A DNA stretch of 64,000 bases from Candidatus Aenigmatarchaeota archaeon (GTDB taxonomy: Archaea; Aenigmatarchaeota; Aenigmatarchaeia; CG10238-14; SpSt-28), in assembly GCA_044343155.1 (NCBI GenBank), contig JAVZSS010000001.1, forward strand, positions 6,023 through 70,022, in the 5' to 3' direction. Shown piece after piece: positions 10,362 through 20,700 of this stretch. Positions within the stretch are counted from its first letter, which is position 1. Each line of letters begins with the position of its first letter. The notes under the pieces are model-generated. The model worked only from the letters and a program-made list of their open reading frames with translations, was not told the origin of the DNA and ran no database searches. A program made the translations under genes and the position numbers.

Positions 10362-10890
10362 ATAATCTTCCTAATATAGTTAGTTCTTTACCAATATTAT
10401 ATTTTTGATTATAGATAAATAAAAACCAAAAAGCAAGAACATATATACCCATAAAATATCTCCAAAGAAATAAATGGAAAAAATTAAAATCGATATTGAG
10501 AATTATTGTTGAATATATTGTTATAAAAAGCCTTAACAAGTTAATAAAAATTGTGGCAGGTATTGCTATTAGTATGTATTTATATTTATTTCTAAATTTA
10601 AGTGGTGTTGCAAAGATCAAAGCTAACAATATATACATACTTTTCCAGCCGGTAGAATCCCAAGAAATTTCAAAAATACTATCATTTATTATTAAATAGT
10701 TTTCTTCTACAATAACATTTACTTTAATAAATGAAAAAAGAAAAGAAACCAATTTGGCTTGAAAAACTTTAAACGACAATATTTCAAAATTATAAATAAT
10801 TAATATATAAAACGGTATTAACAACAGAAGTAAAATAAAAATAAATTCAAAAAAAATAAATTCTACTTCAATTTTTCTTCTTCTATCCAT
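10339..10890 (-). CDS. Archaeosortase/exosortase-family membrane protein
   Basis: Multi-TM; FEISWDSTGW, NLLR and FH motifs at the expected catalytic positions. Confidence 0.75.
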   Translation of the reverse strand: MDRRRKIEVEFIFFEFIFILLLLLIPFYILIIYNFEILSFKVFQAKLVSFLFSFIKVNVIVEENYLIINDSIFEISWDSTGWKSMYILLALIFATPLKFRNKYKYILIAIPATIFINLLRLFITIYSTIILNIDFNFFHLFLWRYFMGIYVLAFWFLFIYNQKYNIGKELTILGRLYGRRKQP

Positions 10891-11894
10891 TTTTTCAGTT
10901 CCTCCTTTAAAATTTCCTTCATCATTTTTTCAAATTTTGCTTTTTCTATTCCATAGATATCTTCAACCTTATACAAATCTCCCTTTTTAACAAAAAATAC
11001 TGGAAATTTAAATATTTCTTTATTTTTTATTTCAACCTCTGTAAACAAAGCCCTAATCCCAAAACCTTTAAGAAGAGAAAAAATTCTTTCATTATTAGAA
11101 AAAACAATTCTGTTTTCTAAGCCTATGTATTGATTGAATTCAAAAATATCAAAATTATCTAAATCTATAATTGGTAATATGTTTTTCCTTTCTAGTTCAT
11201 AAATCTTTTTAAAAATATTAAAATATTTCTCAATTTTTAAAAACTTTTCTTTATATTCTAACAATTCTGAAAAAACAAAATTTATCCTTTTATAATAATT
11301 AAGTTCTTTTTCCAACTCTCTAATTCTTTTCTTTAATCTCAAATTTTCTTCAAAAAAATTGAATTGATGGACAACTTCTTCTTTTCTTTTATCTTCTACC
11401 TTTTCCTCAGTTTTGCTAATTAAATTATTTATTATACTAATCAAATTTTTTCCATAATCTCTAAAAAGCCTATAAACAACTTCATCATAAAATTCCATTA
11501 AATTTTTCTTTTCTAAAAAAATTCTAATTGTATCTAGTCTTTTTCTAATTTTCTTATAAGCATAATAGGCTGCAGCAACTGCATCTCTTTGATGCCCATC
11601 CTTCACTTCAACTCCAATTTTTCTAACTAAATCTTCCTTTTCTTCAACCAATAAATCCCTTTTTGGTCTAATTACTCTACAACCAAAAGATGAAGCAATT
11701 TCTTTTATGCTTTTTGGAACTTTTTTTCTGTCTGTAGAAAAAATTATTGGCCTACCAAACTTTAAAATTTCACTAATTATTTTTTCTCTATCTTCTCCTC
11801 TATACGTATTTAAAAAAATAACATTTCCAGATGTATCTAAAATAGCTATACCGACATTTAATCCAGAATCGTAGCCAATAATCAAATTTTTCAA
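10863..11894 (-). CDS. DUF460-like protein (RNase H-like N-domain plus coiled coil)
   Basis: IIGYDSG..GIAILD, STD, HQRDAVAAA motifs. Confidence 0.8.
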   Translation of the reverse strand: MKNLIIGYDSGLNVGIAILDTSGNVIFLNTYRGEDREKIISEILKFGRPIIFSTDRKKVPKSIKEIASSFGCRVIRPKRDLLVEEKEDLVRKIGVEVKDGHQRDAVAAAYYAYKKIRKRLDTIRIFLEKKNLMEFYDEVVYRLFRDYGKNLISIINNLISKTEEKVEDKRKEEVVHQFNFFEENLRLKKRIRELEKELNYYKRINFVFSELLEYKEKFLKIEKYFNIFKKIYELERKNILPIIDLDNFDIFEFNQYIGLENRIVFSNNERIFSLLKGFGIRALFTEVEIKNKEIFKFPVFFVKKGDLYKVEDIYGIEKAKFEKMMKEILKEELKKWIEEEKLK

Positions 11895-12551
11895 TTAATC
11901 ACCTTTATATTCAAATTCAACTATTTTTTTAATTTTTTTAGACAATTTTTCCCCTATACCTTCAACTTTCATTAAATCTTTTTCTGAAGCTAACACAAAA
12001 TTCTTTATACTCTTAAATTTTTTTATTATTCTATCACTCAAAACAGTAGAAATTCCCGGAAATGAAGACAAAATTCTTTTTTGAACTTCTACTAAATCTT
12101 CATTTTTCTTTTTTATTTTATATGAAGAATAATTTTTATCACCACTTTTTTCCTTTTTCAAAATCCAATATATTAACTTCGCTGTTTCCATTTTACTTTT
12201 AGTAAAAACTATGCTTATGTTATTTAAAACCAAATAACTTAAAACAGAAAGATAATAATTTTCATTTATCCTTTCTACATCACCACTACCTTCCACTATA
12301 ATAATTCTTTTTTCATAAGTTTCAATCATTTTCTTTGCTTGTTCAAAAATTCTTCCATCTAAAATTGAAGAAATAAAATCAAAAAAAGTTTTTCTTTCTA
12401 TACCTATGTTATTATATACAAAATCACAAACATCTAGCTTAACAATATTTACTTTAACTCCAAGTTTTTCCAAAAAAATTATAACTTCATTTTCTCTATA
12501 ATCTGCAAATATTTGCAATTCATTTAAAGGCAAGCTCAATTGTTTCTCCAT
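11895..12551 (-). CDS. ERCC4/XPF nuclease with tandem HhH (nuclease half of Hef)
   Basis: ADYRE, CDF, IERKT..DF..SILDGR..EQ, PGIS and VEGIG HhH motifs; ATG 2 nt after helicase stop. Confidence 0.9.
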   Translation of the reverse strand: MEKQLSLPLNELQIFADYRENEVIIFLEKLGVKVNIVKLDVCDFVYNNIGIERKTFFDFISSILDGRIFEQAKKMIETYEKRIIIVEGSGDVERINENYYLSVLSYLVLNNISIVFTKSKMETAKLIYWILKKEKSGDKNYSSYKIKKKNEDLVEVQKRILSSFPGISTVLSDRIIKKFKSIKNFVLASEKDLMKVEGIGEKLSKKIKKIVEFEYKGD

Positions 12552-12553
12552 AC

Positions 12554-14077
12554 TCACAACCAATCAACCAAACTTTTTTTCTTAATTAAACCATTTTTAA
12601 ACATTTTCAAAGTCTTTTTCATTTTTTTCTCTTTATAATAAGAAGAAAAGAAATATCCTTCATCGATACTATCTTTAGTTAACAAAAATATAACTTTTCC
12701 TTCAGTTTGTCTACCTATTCTCCCTCTTCTCTGAATCATTCTTATTTCACTAGGAACAGCTTCGTAAAATATTGCATAATTAACTGAAGCAATATCTAAG
12801 CCTTCTTCACCTATACTAGAACAAACCAAAACATTGAATTCATTATTAGCAAACTTTTTAACAATCTCTATTTGTTGTTTTTGACTAAGACCTTTTCCCT
12901 CTTTTTTTGCCTGACCTATCAACATTTCAGCCCTAATTCCATTTTCTTTTAATAAATTTGTGATTCTTTCTACTGTATCCCTAAGATTTGCAAAAACAAT
13001 AATTCTAACATTAGGATTTTCTTTAATTATAGATTGTATTATTTCAATTAATTTTTTCATTTTTGGATGTACATTATATTTTCCTTCTAATATTGGTAGC
13101 ATCTTGTATATTTCTATAAAATTTTTATGAGAAGCTAAAATTTTCTCTGCATGTTTTTTGCTAGAATAAAGCTCTTTAACATATGAAGAAAAAACACTAA
13201 TATCTTGAGTTTCTAGAAGTTCAATTAAATGAAGAATTTTGACTGCTTGCGTTACTCTAATCATACCTAAAACATATTTATGATCTTTAATTCCAGCTTC
13301 ATAGCTCTTAATTAAGCTTTCTTGTAAACTCAAAAGCTCTTTTTTACTAATACTTTTAGAAGTTATTATAGAATTTTGTTTTAAACTTTCCAAAATTTCA
13401 TCATAAATTCCATATAATAGTTTTCTAATATGTTCCATTTCTTCCGGTAATTCAACTTTAACGTACTCTTTTTCTATTTCTTTAATATATGGTTTTACAT
13501 CTTTGTCATATTCTGTTCTAATTTCAACAAATTTTATAAAAAGATTCCTCATAACTTCTCTAATTCTTTCTTCTTCTCCTCCAGGTGAAGCCGTTAAACC
13601 AATTATTAATGGATTTTCCGCTTGTGTTATATATGTCTTAGCAACTTCTGTATAAGAATATTCCTTAACAGCTCTATGTGCTTCATCAAAAATTGCCAAA
13701 ACAAAATCCTTAAGATTTATTCTTCCATTTTGAATATCATTAGCTATTGTTTGGGGGGTTGCAATTATAACTTTACAGCTATTATATAAAATCTTTCTTT
13801 TTTCTGGCTTAACTTTCCCTGTAATTAGCCCCACTTCTCTTTCATTTATATCAGTAAATTTTAAAAAACTTCTAAAATGCTGCTCATTTAATGGTCTAGT
13901 TGGAGCCATAAACAAAATTTTTCCATTTGGATATTGCTCTAACCTTTTTATTGCAACATAAATCGCAATAATTGTTTTACCTAATCCTGTAGGTAAAACT
14001 ACTAAAGTATTTCCTTTCAAACAAGTATTAGCTATATTTTTTTGGTACTCTCTTAACTCTATATCTTTAAGATTCAT
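12554..14077 (-). CDS. hef: Hef/FANCM/Mph1-type DEAH helicase (helicase half of Hef)
   Basis: REYQ, PTGLGKT, DEAHRA, LTASPG, EEGLDI, QRRGRIGR. Confidence 0.93.
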   Translation of the reverse strand: MNLKDIELREYQKNIANTCLKGNTLVVLPTGLGKTIIAIYVAIKRLEQYPNGKILFMAPTRPLNEQHFRSFLKFTDINEREVGLITGKVKPEKRKILYNSCKVIIATPQTIANDIQNGRINLKDFVLAIFDEAHRAVKEYSYTEVAKTYITQAENPLIIGLTASPGGEEERIREVMRNLFIKFVEIRTEYDKDVKPYIKEIEKEYVKVELPEEMEHIRKLLYGIYDEILESLKQNSIITSKSISKKELLSLQESLIKSYEAGIKDHKYVLGMIRVTQAVKILHLIELLETQDISVFSSYVKELYSSKKHAEKILASHKNFIEIYKMLPILEGKYNVHPKMKKLIEIIQSIIKENPNVRIIVFANLRDTVERITNLLKENGIRAEMLIGQAKKEGKGLSQKQQIEIVKKFANNEFNVLVCSSIGEEGLDIASVNYAIFYEAVPSEIRMIQRRGRIGRQTEGKVIFLLTKDSIDEGYFFSSYYKEKKMKKTLKMFKNGLIKKKSLVDWL

Positions 14078-14491
14078 TTACTCACCTATAATAGTAATAT
14101 AAACCTTTCTTTCCCTTGGCTCAAAAAGCTCAACTAAAATAATTCTTTGCCATGTTCCTAAAACAATTTCCCCATTTTTAATTGGTATACTTAAATTTTG
14201 AGAAAGTATTAAATTTTTAAGATGGGCAGTGGCATTAATATTTCCTTCATAAGAATGCTTATATTTTCCATTTAAAGGAAATACTTTTTCTAATATGTTT
14301 TTCATGTCTTCAAATATTGTTTCATCATATTCTTGAATTAATAAGGCCGCTGTATTGTGTTCTAAAAAAAGAAAAATTAAACCATTATTTATTTTAGATT
14401 TTTCGACCTCCTTTTTTATTTCTTCGGTTATATCCAATATATCATAATATCCTTTTGTTAAAAACTTTAGTTCTTTTTGGTAAATCCTCAT
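14078..14491 (-). CDS. YjbQ/UPF0047 family protein
   Basis: HNTA, NATAHLK, LGTWQRI motifs. Confidence 0.9.
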   Translation of the reverse strand: MRIYQKELKFLTKGYYDILDITEEIKKEVEKSKINNGLIFLFLEHNTAALLIQEYDETIFEDMKNILEKVFPLNGKYKHSYEGNINATAHLKNLILSQNLSIPIKNGEIVLGTWQRIILVELFEPRERKVYITIIGE

Positions 14492-14520
14492 AATTTTAAA
14501 TTTATTTTAAAAAACTAATT

Positions 14521-15195
14521 ATGAAGGTTGTTATTTCAATTGGAGGATCTTTACTAACTCAAGAAGTTTCATATAAAAATTTTAAAAGATATGCTAATAT
14601 AATTCAAAAACTGAGTAAGCAGAATAAAATTATTGTTGTTTGTGGTGGAGGAAAAATAGCTAGAGAATACATAAAAATAGGGAAAAAAGCTAAAAGTAGT
14701 AGAGATGTTCAAGACTTTATAGGAATAATGGCGACTCATCTCAATGCTTCTGCTTTTTATTCCCTACTTCAAAATGCTTTCTTAGTAAAATGGAAAAGTC
14801 TAAAAGAAGCTGGAGAAGAAGTTAAAAAATATTTTGGAAAAAAAATTATAGTTGCTGCGGGCTATAATACTAGGCATTCAACAGATTATAATGCCGCCTA
14901 TTTCGCTTCAATAGTTAAAGCTGATCTTCTCATAAACGCTACAAATGTTGATGGTGTTTATGATAAAGACCCGACAAAATATAAAGATGCAAAAAAGTTC
15001 GCATTTTTAAGCTATGATGATTTTATAAAAATACTTTCTAAACTGAAACAATCTCCTGGAGAATATAGATTATTTGATTTAGATGCCGCAAAAATTTTGA
15101 AAAGATGTAGAATTCCCTTGAAAATAATAGATGGAAGAAATCCTAAAAACATAGAAAGAGCTCTAAAAGAAAATATAGGAACGTTAATAAAGTGA
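14521..15195 (+). CDS. pyrH: Uridylate kinase
   Basis: SIGGS, GGGKIAREYI, HSTD, NVDGVYDKDP. Confidence 0.93.
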   Translation: MKVVISIGGSLLTQEVSYKNFKRYANIIQKLSKQNKIIVVCGGGKIAREYIKIGKKAKSSRDVQDFIGIMATHLNASAFYSLLQNAFLVKWKSLKEAGEEVKKYFGKKIIVAAGYNTRHSTDYNAAYFASIVKADLLINATNVDGVYDKDPTKYKDAKKFAFLSYDDFIKILSKLKQSPGEYRLFDLDAAKILKRCRIPLKIIDGRNPKNIERALKENIGTLIK

Positions 15196-15239
15196 TTTTA
15201 ATAAAATCCATTAAAAGAAACTTTAAGAAATTAATTTAT

Positions 15240-15336
15240 GCTGGGGTCGCCTAACCAGGTAGGGCGCCGGCCTCGAGTATGTAAGATAGCCGGTTGGGCT
15301 TTTAGCCCTGTGTGGGTTCGAATCCCACCCCCAGCG
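15240..15336 (+). tRNA. tRNA-Ser(CGA) with 10-nt intron at 37/38 (15278-15287)
   Basis: Acceptor GCTGGGG/CCCCAGC-G; anticodon stem CCGGC/GCCGG; CT-CGA-G; long variable arm; TTCGAAT T-loop. Confidence 0.9.
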
Positions 15337-15391
15337 AATTTAAAATCATTACCAAAGTAAAAAATAAAAAAATTCAATCTGTATAATTTAT

Positions 15392-16042
15392 ATGACGAGA
15401 TTATCCACAGGTTTCGTAATAGTTGGAGCATATGCAAAAAAACTGAGAAAAACATTGTTTGCTCAACTCAAAGATAAAATTAAAGATAAAGAAATTGCTA
15501 ATAAGTTGGCATATTCTTCAGCCCAACTTAATAAACTTTTGTTTGAAGTTATAGTAAATAAACTAAAACTAGAAAAGGGGGATTTGGTAAAAATAGTAAT
15601 AGAATATGAGTTTGATGAAAACAAAAAAGAAGTTGAATGGAAATATGATACTTTAAAAATAATTAGCTATAAAAAAGTTCCTCAGGAAGAAATAGAAAAA
15701 CATTTAGAAGAAACATTAAAAGAGTTAAAAGGTGAACCTATCTTTACAATTGAAAAAATTGGAGAAAGCGCTGATGGAGATTTGATTTTTTCTGTACTTA
15801 GTAATAATAAAGATGTTGGTATAATGGTAATTACTCCACTAGATGAAAAATCCTATCTACTAAAAAAAGCAGTTGTTGTAGATAAAGAGGCTTTTGAAAT
15901 AGAAAAAGTTAAATTGGAAGAAGTAGAATCACTGTTTGAAACTTTAACTAACATAGTAAATTTTGAAACTAGTTTAAGAAAAACGATAAATAAAGAAGAA
16001 GGTTTAAACTTAATAAACATGATAAAGAAAAAATTAAGTTAA
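15392..16042 (+). CDS. DUF2258 / ThermoDBP-related nucleic-acid-binding protein
   Basis: LSTGFVIVGAYAKKLRKTLFAQL..LNKLLFEVIV..KGDLVKI signature. Confidence 0.8.
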   Translation: MTRLSTGFVIVGAYAKKLRKTLFAQLKDKIKDKEIANKLAYSSAQLNKLLFEVIVNKLKLEKGDLVKIVIEYEFDENKKEVEWKYDTLKIISYKKVPQEEIEKHLEETLKELKGEPIFTIEKIGESADGDLIFSVLSNNKDVGIMVITPLDEKSYLLKKAVVVDKEAFEIEKVKLEEVESLFETLTNIVNFETSLRKTINKEEGLNLINMIKKKLS

Positions 16043-16714
16043 CTTTGGCATTAATTCAACCTCTTCAAAAACTAAAATTCCAGAATAATTTTTGTAGATT
16101 TTTTTAGAAGATTTTATTATAATTTTTTTTCTAAAATTTGGCGCATCCAAAACAAAAGTTTCATATTCTCCTCCTTCACCACTTGGATTAATCCCAAATT
16201 TAGAACTAAGAATCTTCATATCCTCTATAAATTTTTCATCAATTTTTCTTCCTAAATAAGATTCATCTAAAGGATAAGCAGCAATTCCAGTTATTATTGC
16301 ATCTATTTTTAATCTTAAAATTTCTTCCAGAACTTCAAATTCATTAACTTGCCACAAAGGAGTAACAAACTTTATTCCAAATTTTTCACAAATCTTTTTA
16401 AATTTTTCAAACTGAAATTTTGACTTTATTACACCACAAACAATTCCTTCTATTTTATATTCTAAAATTGCTCTATCTATCAAACTCTCTAATTTTTCTA
16501 TTTCTTCCCCAATATCACTTTTTTCTTGAATTAAAGGAATCTCCATAGCTTCAGCTTGGTATTTTACAAATTTTGTGTTTGGATAGTGGAAAAAGTAGCT
16601 TTCTTCTGAAGAAGGAATTATATTTATTAAACACTCTATAGAGTTTTCCTTACTTACTTTTAAAATAGCCAAAGTAGAATCTTTTCCGCCAGAATATATT
16701 GCTGCTAGTTTCAT
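16034..16714 (-). CDS. Diphthine-ammonia ligase family ATP pyrophosphatase (Dph6-like)
   Basis: SGGKDS PP-loop; GEGGEYETFV. Confidence 0.9.
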   Translation of the reverse strand: MKLAAIYSGGKDSTLAILKVSKENSIECLINIIPSSEESYFFHYPNTKFVKYQAEAMEIPLIQEKSDIGEEIEKLESLIDRAILEYKIEGIVCGVIKSKFQFEKFKKICEKFGIKFVTPLWQVNEFEVLEEILRLKIDAIITGIAAYPLDESYLGRKIDEKFIEDMKILSSKFGINPSGEGGEYETFVLDAPNFRKKIIIKSSKKIYKNYSGILVFEEVELMPKLT

Positions 16715-16788
16715 TTTATTCTTTTAACATTAAGAGAAAAAACCTTATCCTTTTTAAAAATTATATATTAAAATTTAAAATAAACTCT

Positions 16789-17718
16789 ATGAAAGTGTTG
16801 GTAACTGGAGTTGCAGGTTTTATTGGTTCTCATATTGCTGAAGAATTAATTAAAAGAGGTTTTACAGTTTATGGAATAGATAATCTACATACTGGTAATA
16901 TAGAAAATATAAAAGAAATGAACATTAATTTTATTGAAGGTAGAGCTAAGAAAATTATAGAAATTAATGAAAAGTTTGATGTTATATTTCACAATGGAAT
17001 TTATTCTTCAAGTCCTATGTATAAAGAAAACCCCTTTCTTGTTAATGAAGTTATAGAAGATATGATTGCTATTTTAGAGTATGCAAAGAAAAATGGCTCT
17101 AAAATTATTTTAGCTTCAACTTCTAGTTTGTATAATCAGAATCAAATTCCCTGGAAGGAAGATGTGGAAATTAAAGTTACAGATTATTATACTGAAGCAA
17201 GATATGCTTGTGAAAGATTATGTCAATTATATTCAAAACTTTTCAAAATTAAATGTGTTTCTTTAAGATACTTTAGTGTTTTCGGAGAAAGAGAAGAATA
17301 TAAAAGAAAATATGCAAATGTGATAACTCAAATGATTTGGTGTGCCTTAAAAGGAAAAGAATTTGAAATTTTCGGAGATGGAAATCAAAGTAGAGATTTA
17401 ATTTATGTAAAAGATGTAGTTGAAGCTAATATAAAAGCTATGAATTTTGAAGATTTTGATGAAAAATACTTTGAAGTTTTTAATGTTGGTTCTGGAAAAA
17501 ATTATTCCTTTAATGAAATGGTTGAAATAATTAGAAAGTTTTTAGACTTAAAAGTAAATTATAAGCCTAACCCCATACCAAATTACGTTTATCATACTTT
17601 GGCGGATACCAAAAAATCTGAAGAACTACTCAAATTTGAAACTAAATTTAAAATAGAAAAAGTTATACCAAAAATAATAGAATACTACAAAAAGAAAATA
17701 GAAAAAATAATAATATAG
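16789..17718 (+). CDS. NAD-dependent epimerase/dehydratase (extended SDR)
   Basis: VLVTGVAGFIGSH, LRYFSVFG, GDGNQSRD; start moved to ATG 16789. Confidence 0.9.
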   Translation: MKVLVTGVAGFIGSHIAEELIKRGFTVYGIDNLHTGNIENIKEMNINFIEGRAKKIIEINEKFDVIFHNGIYSSSPMYKENPFLVNEVIEDMIAILEYAKKNGSKIILASTSSLYNQNQIPWKEDVEIKVTDYYTEARYACERLCQLYSKLFKIKCVSLRYFSVFGEREEYKRKYANVITQMIWCALKGKEFEIFGDGNQSRDLIYVKDVVEANIKAMNFEDFDEKYFEVFNVGSGKNYSFNEMVEIIRKFLDLKVNYKPNPIPNYVYHTLADTKKSEELLKFETKFKIEKVIPKIIEYYKKKIEKIII

Positions 17719-17752
17719 AAACTTTTTTATTAAATCTCTCCAATAATATTTA

Positions 17753-20700
17753 ATGAAGTTTGTAAAATGGATTAAGGAGTTATCTAAAAATGATTTGAAT
17801 TTAGTTGGAGGTAAAGCTGCAAACTTAGGAGAAATGATAAATGCTGGTTTACCTGTCCCTAATGCTTTTGTTGTTACTGCAGAAGCATATAAACATTTTA
17901 TCACAAAGAACAAACTTATGGGTAAAATAAAAAAAATACTAAGAAAAACTAATTTTAATGATCCTAAAAATTTAGAAGAATCTACACGAAAAATTAGAGA
18001 ACTTATTGAAAATTCTCCAATGCCAAAAGAAATAGAAGACGAAATAAAAGAAGCTTACAGAATGTTGTCTGAAGAATTTGGAGAAAATGAAATATCTGTA
18101 GCTATAAGAAGTTCGGCCACTGCAGAAGACATTCCCAGTGTAGCTGAAGACGAATTCATTTTATTAAGAATTGATGGAATGTTAAAACTAATTAAAATGA
18201 AGGATCTTTTTAAATTTACAAATTCTTTCATAGAAGTTTTAGGAATGAAAGAAGATGGAAGTCTAGATTGGTTTAAAGTAGATGGAATTTATAAGCATTA
18301 TGTTGATACATTTCTTTATAAAATAATAACAAAAAGCAAAAGAGAATTAGTTATATCTCCAAACCATTCGCTGATAGTACTAAATGGAAATTTGGAACCG
18401 GAAGTAATTTCGGCTATAGATGAAGTTAAAAAAGATAAAATTAAAGTTCCTGTATTAAGAAGAATTCCTAATGATAAATTTATTAAATATATTGATTTAA
18501 GAGAAATTTTTAAGGAAGGTTATGAAATTCATGATGGTAAGCTAAAACTTTTGAACAATTCATCCAATTGGAAAGTTCAAAATGGCTTAAATCCTATACT
18601 TCAGCTTACAGAAAATCTAATGTATTTTCTTGGAGTTTTCCTAGCTGATGGAACTATTGATATGCATTCTAGAAGAACCATAATTATAACAAGTGAAGAA
18701 AAAGAAGTTAAAGAAAAAATAAAGGAATTTTGTAGGGAGGTTGAATTAAATGCTAAAGAAGGAAGAAAGAACTCAATAAATATTCATTCAAGAGTTCTAA
18801 CTGAATTTTTAATCAAAACTACTTTTGCGGAAGAGCCAAGAAAGGGTGGTAAAGGTATTATTACCAGATTAAAAAAAGTTCCAGACTTTGTATTCAATGC
18901 TGAACCAAAATTAATTGGAGCATTTTTAAGGGGTTGCTTTGATGGAGATGGGAGTGTAACTAGAAATGAAGTGACCTTTAGCAACAAATCAATATATCTA
19001 ATTAATGGTATTGCAAAATTACTTGAACTACTTGGGATAGAGTATTGTATACAAAGAAAAAAGGACTGTATAGACATTTCTATATTATATAAATCACTTG
19101 AAAATTTTATGACAATGATTGGATTTGAGATTGAGGAAAAAAAGGAAAAATTAAAAAGGATTGTAGAAAAATATAAAGCTTCTAAAAAACACCTTGATTA
19201 TTTTGAAGTATTTGAAGTAAGAAGTGATATTTTAAGAAAACTATTAGAGAAAAAATTACCTAAATGTTTAGTAGAGTTTGCATATTGTCCAATTTGTAAT
19301 AAAAAGTTAGAGAAAACATCAAACTATAAAAACAAAACAAGATATGTTTGTAAAAATTGTAGAAGAACTTTCTATGAGGAAGAAGTTATAAAATATAAAG
19401 AATATGTTTATAAGTACTGGAACGAAAAGGGACAATTTACCACAAATCAAGTGCCTTGGAATAAAGGTAGAATAAGTAAGAGAGTTGGTAGAAGAAGGTT
19501 AGAAGCTATATTAGAAAATCTTGGAATTAGAGAAGAGGTGAAAATGTTAAATTCAGATATAAAATGGGAAGATGTGGTAAAAATTGAGCCAATTAAATAT
19601 AAAGGATTTGTTTATGACTTATTTGTTCCTAACGTTCAAAATTTTGCAGCAGGCTTAGGAGGAATTATTACTCATAATTCTGCAAGTTTTGCTGGCTTGC
19701 AACTTACTTTACTAAATATTAAAAATATAGAAAACGTTTTAAATGGAGTAAAAAAATGTTGGGCTTCTCTTTTTACACCCAGAGCAACTTTTTATAGAGA
19801 GCAAAAAGGGTTTAAGCATGAAAAAGTTTATATAGCAGTAATAGTTCAAAAACAACTTGGTGTTTTAAATAGAAAAGAGTATGAGGAAGGTAAATACAAA
19901 GCTGGAGTTGGATTCACGATTCATCCTTCTACTGGAGAAAAAGATAAAATTGTAATAGAATCTTCTTATGGACAAGGAGAAAGTGTAGTTAGTGGAGCTG
20001 TTAATCCCGATACTATAATAATAGATAAAAATACTGGAAATATTTTGGAGTTTCATGTTGGAAGAAAAGAAAAAATGAGAGTAACTAGTGAATTAGGAGA
20101 ATTGGAAGAAATTGAAACTCCACAAAATTTAAAAGAAAAACTTTCTTTAAACGAAGATGAAATAAAACAACTTTGGGAATTAGCTTTAAAGCTTGAAAAA
20201 CATTATAATTTCCCCCAGGATTTCGAATGGGTTTCCGAAAATGGAAAAGTTTACTTAGTTCAATCTAGACCGGTAACAGTTTTTTATGAAAAGAAGGAAA
20301 GCAAAACAATAACTGAAAAAAGTCCTTTAATTAAAGGTTTGGGTGCATCTCCTGGAGTAGCTATAGGAAAAGTTAAGATTGCGTTAACTGTTGAAGAAGC
20401 AAGCACAAAAATAGAAAGAGGAGATATACTAGTAACTAAAATGACTTCTCCTGATTGGACACCATTTATGAAAATTGCTTCTGCAATTATAACAACTGAA
20501 GGTGGGCTAACTTCTCATGCAAGCATAGTATCTAGAGAATTAGGAATACCTTGCATAGTTGGTGCTTCTGAGGCTTTGAATAAATTGAAAGATGGAATGT
20601 TAATAACAGTTGATGGAAGGAACGGTTTAGTTTATGAAGGTGAAATTAAAGAATTGATAGAAAGAGAAAAAGCTGAGGAGATTTCCATAGAAGATGTTGC

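Noticed and set aside
15231..15455. 74-aa ORF on the minus strand
   Set aside because: Antisense to tRNA-Ser(CGA) and the DUF2258 start; a shadow ORF
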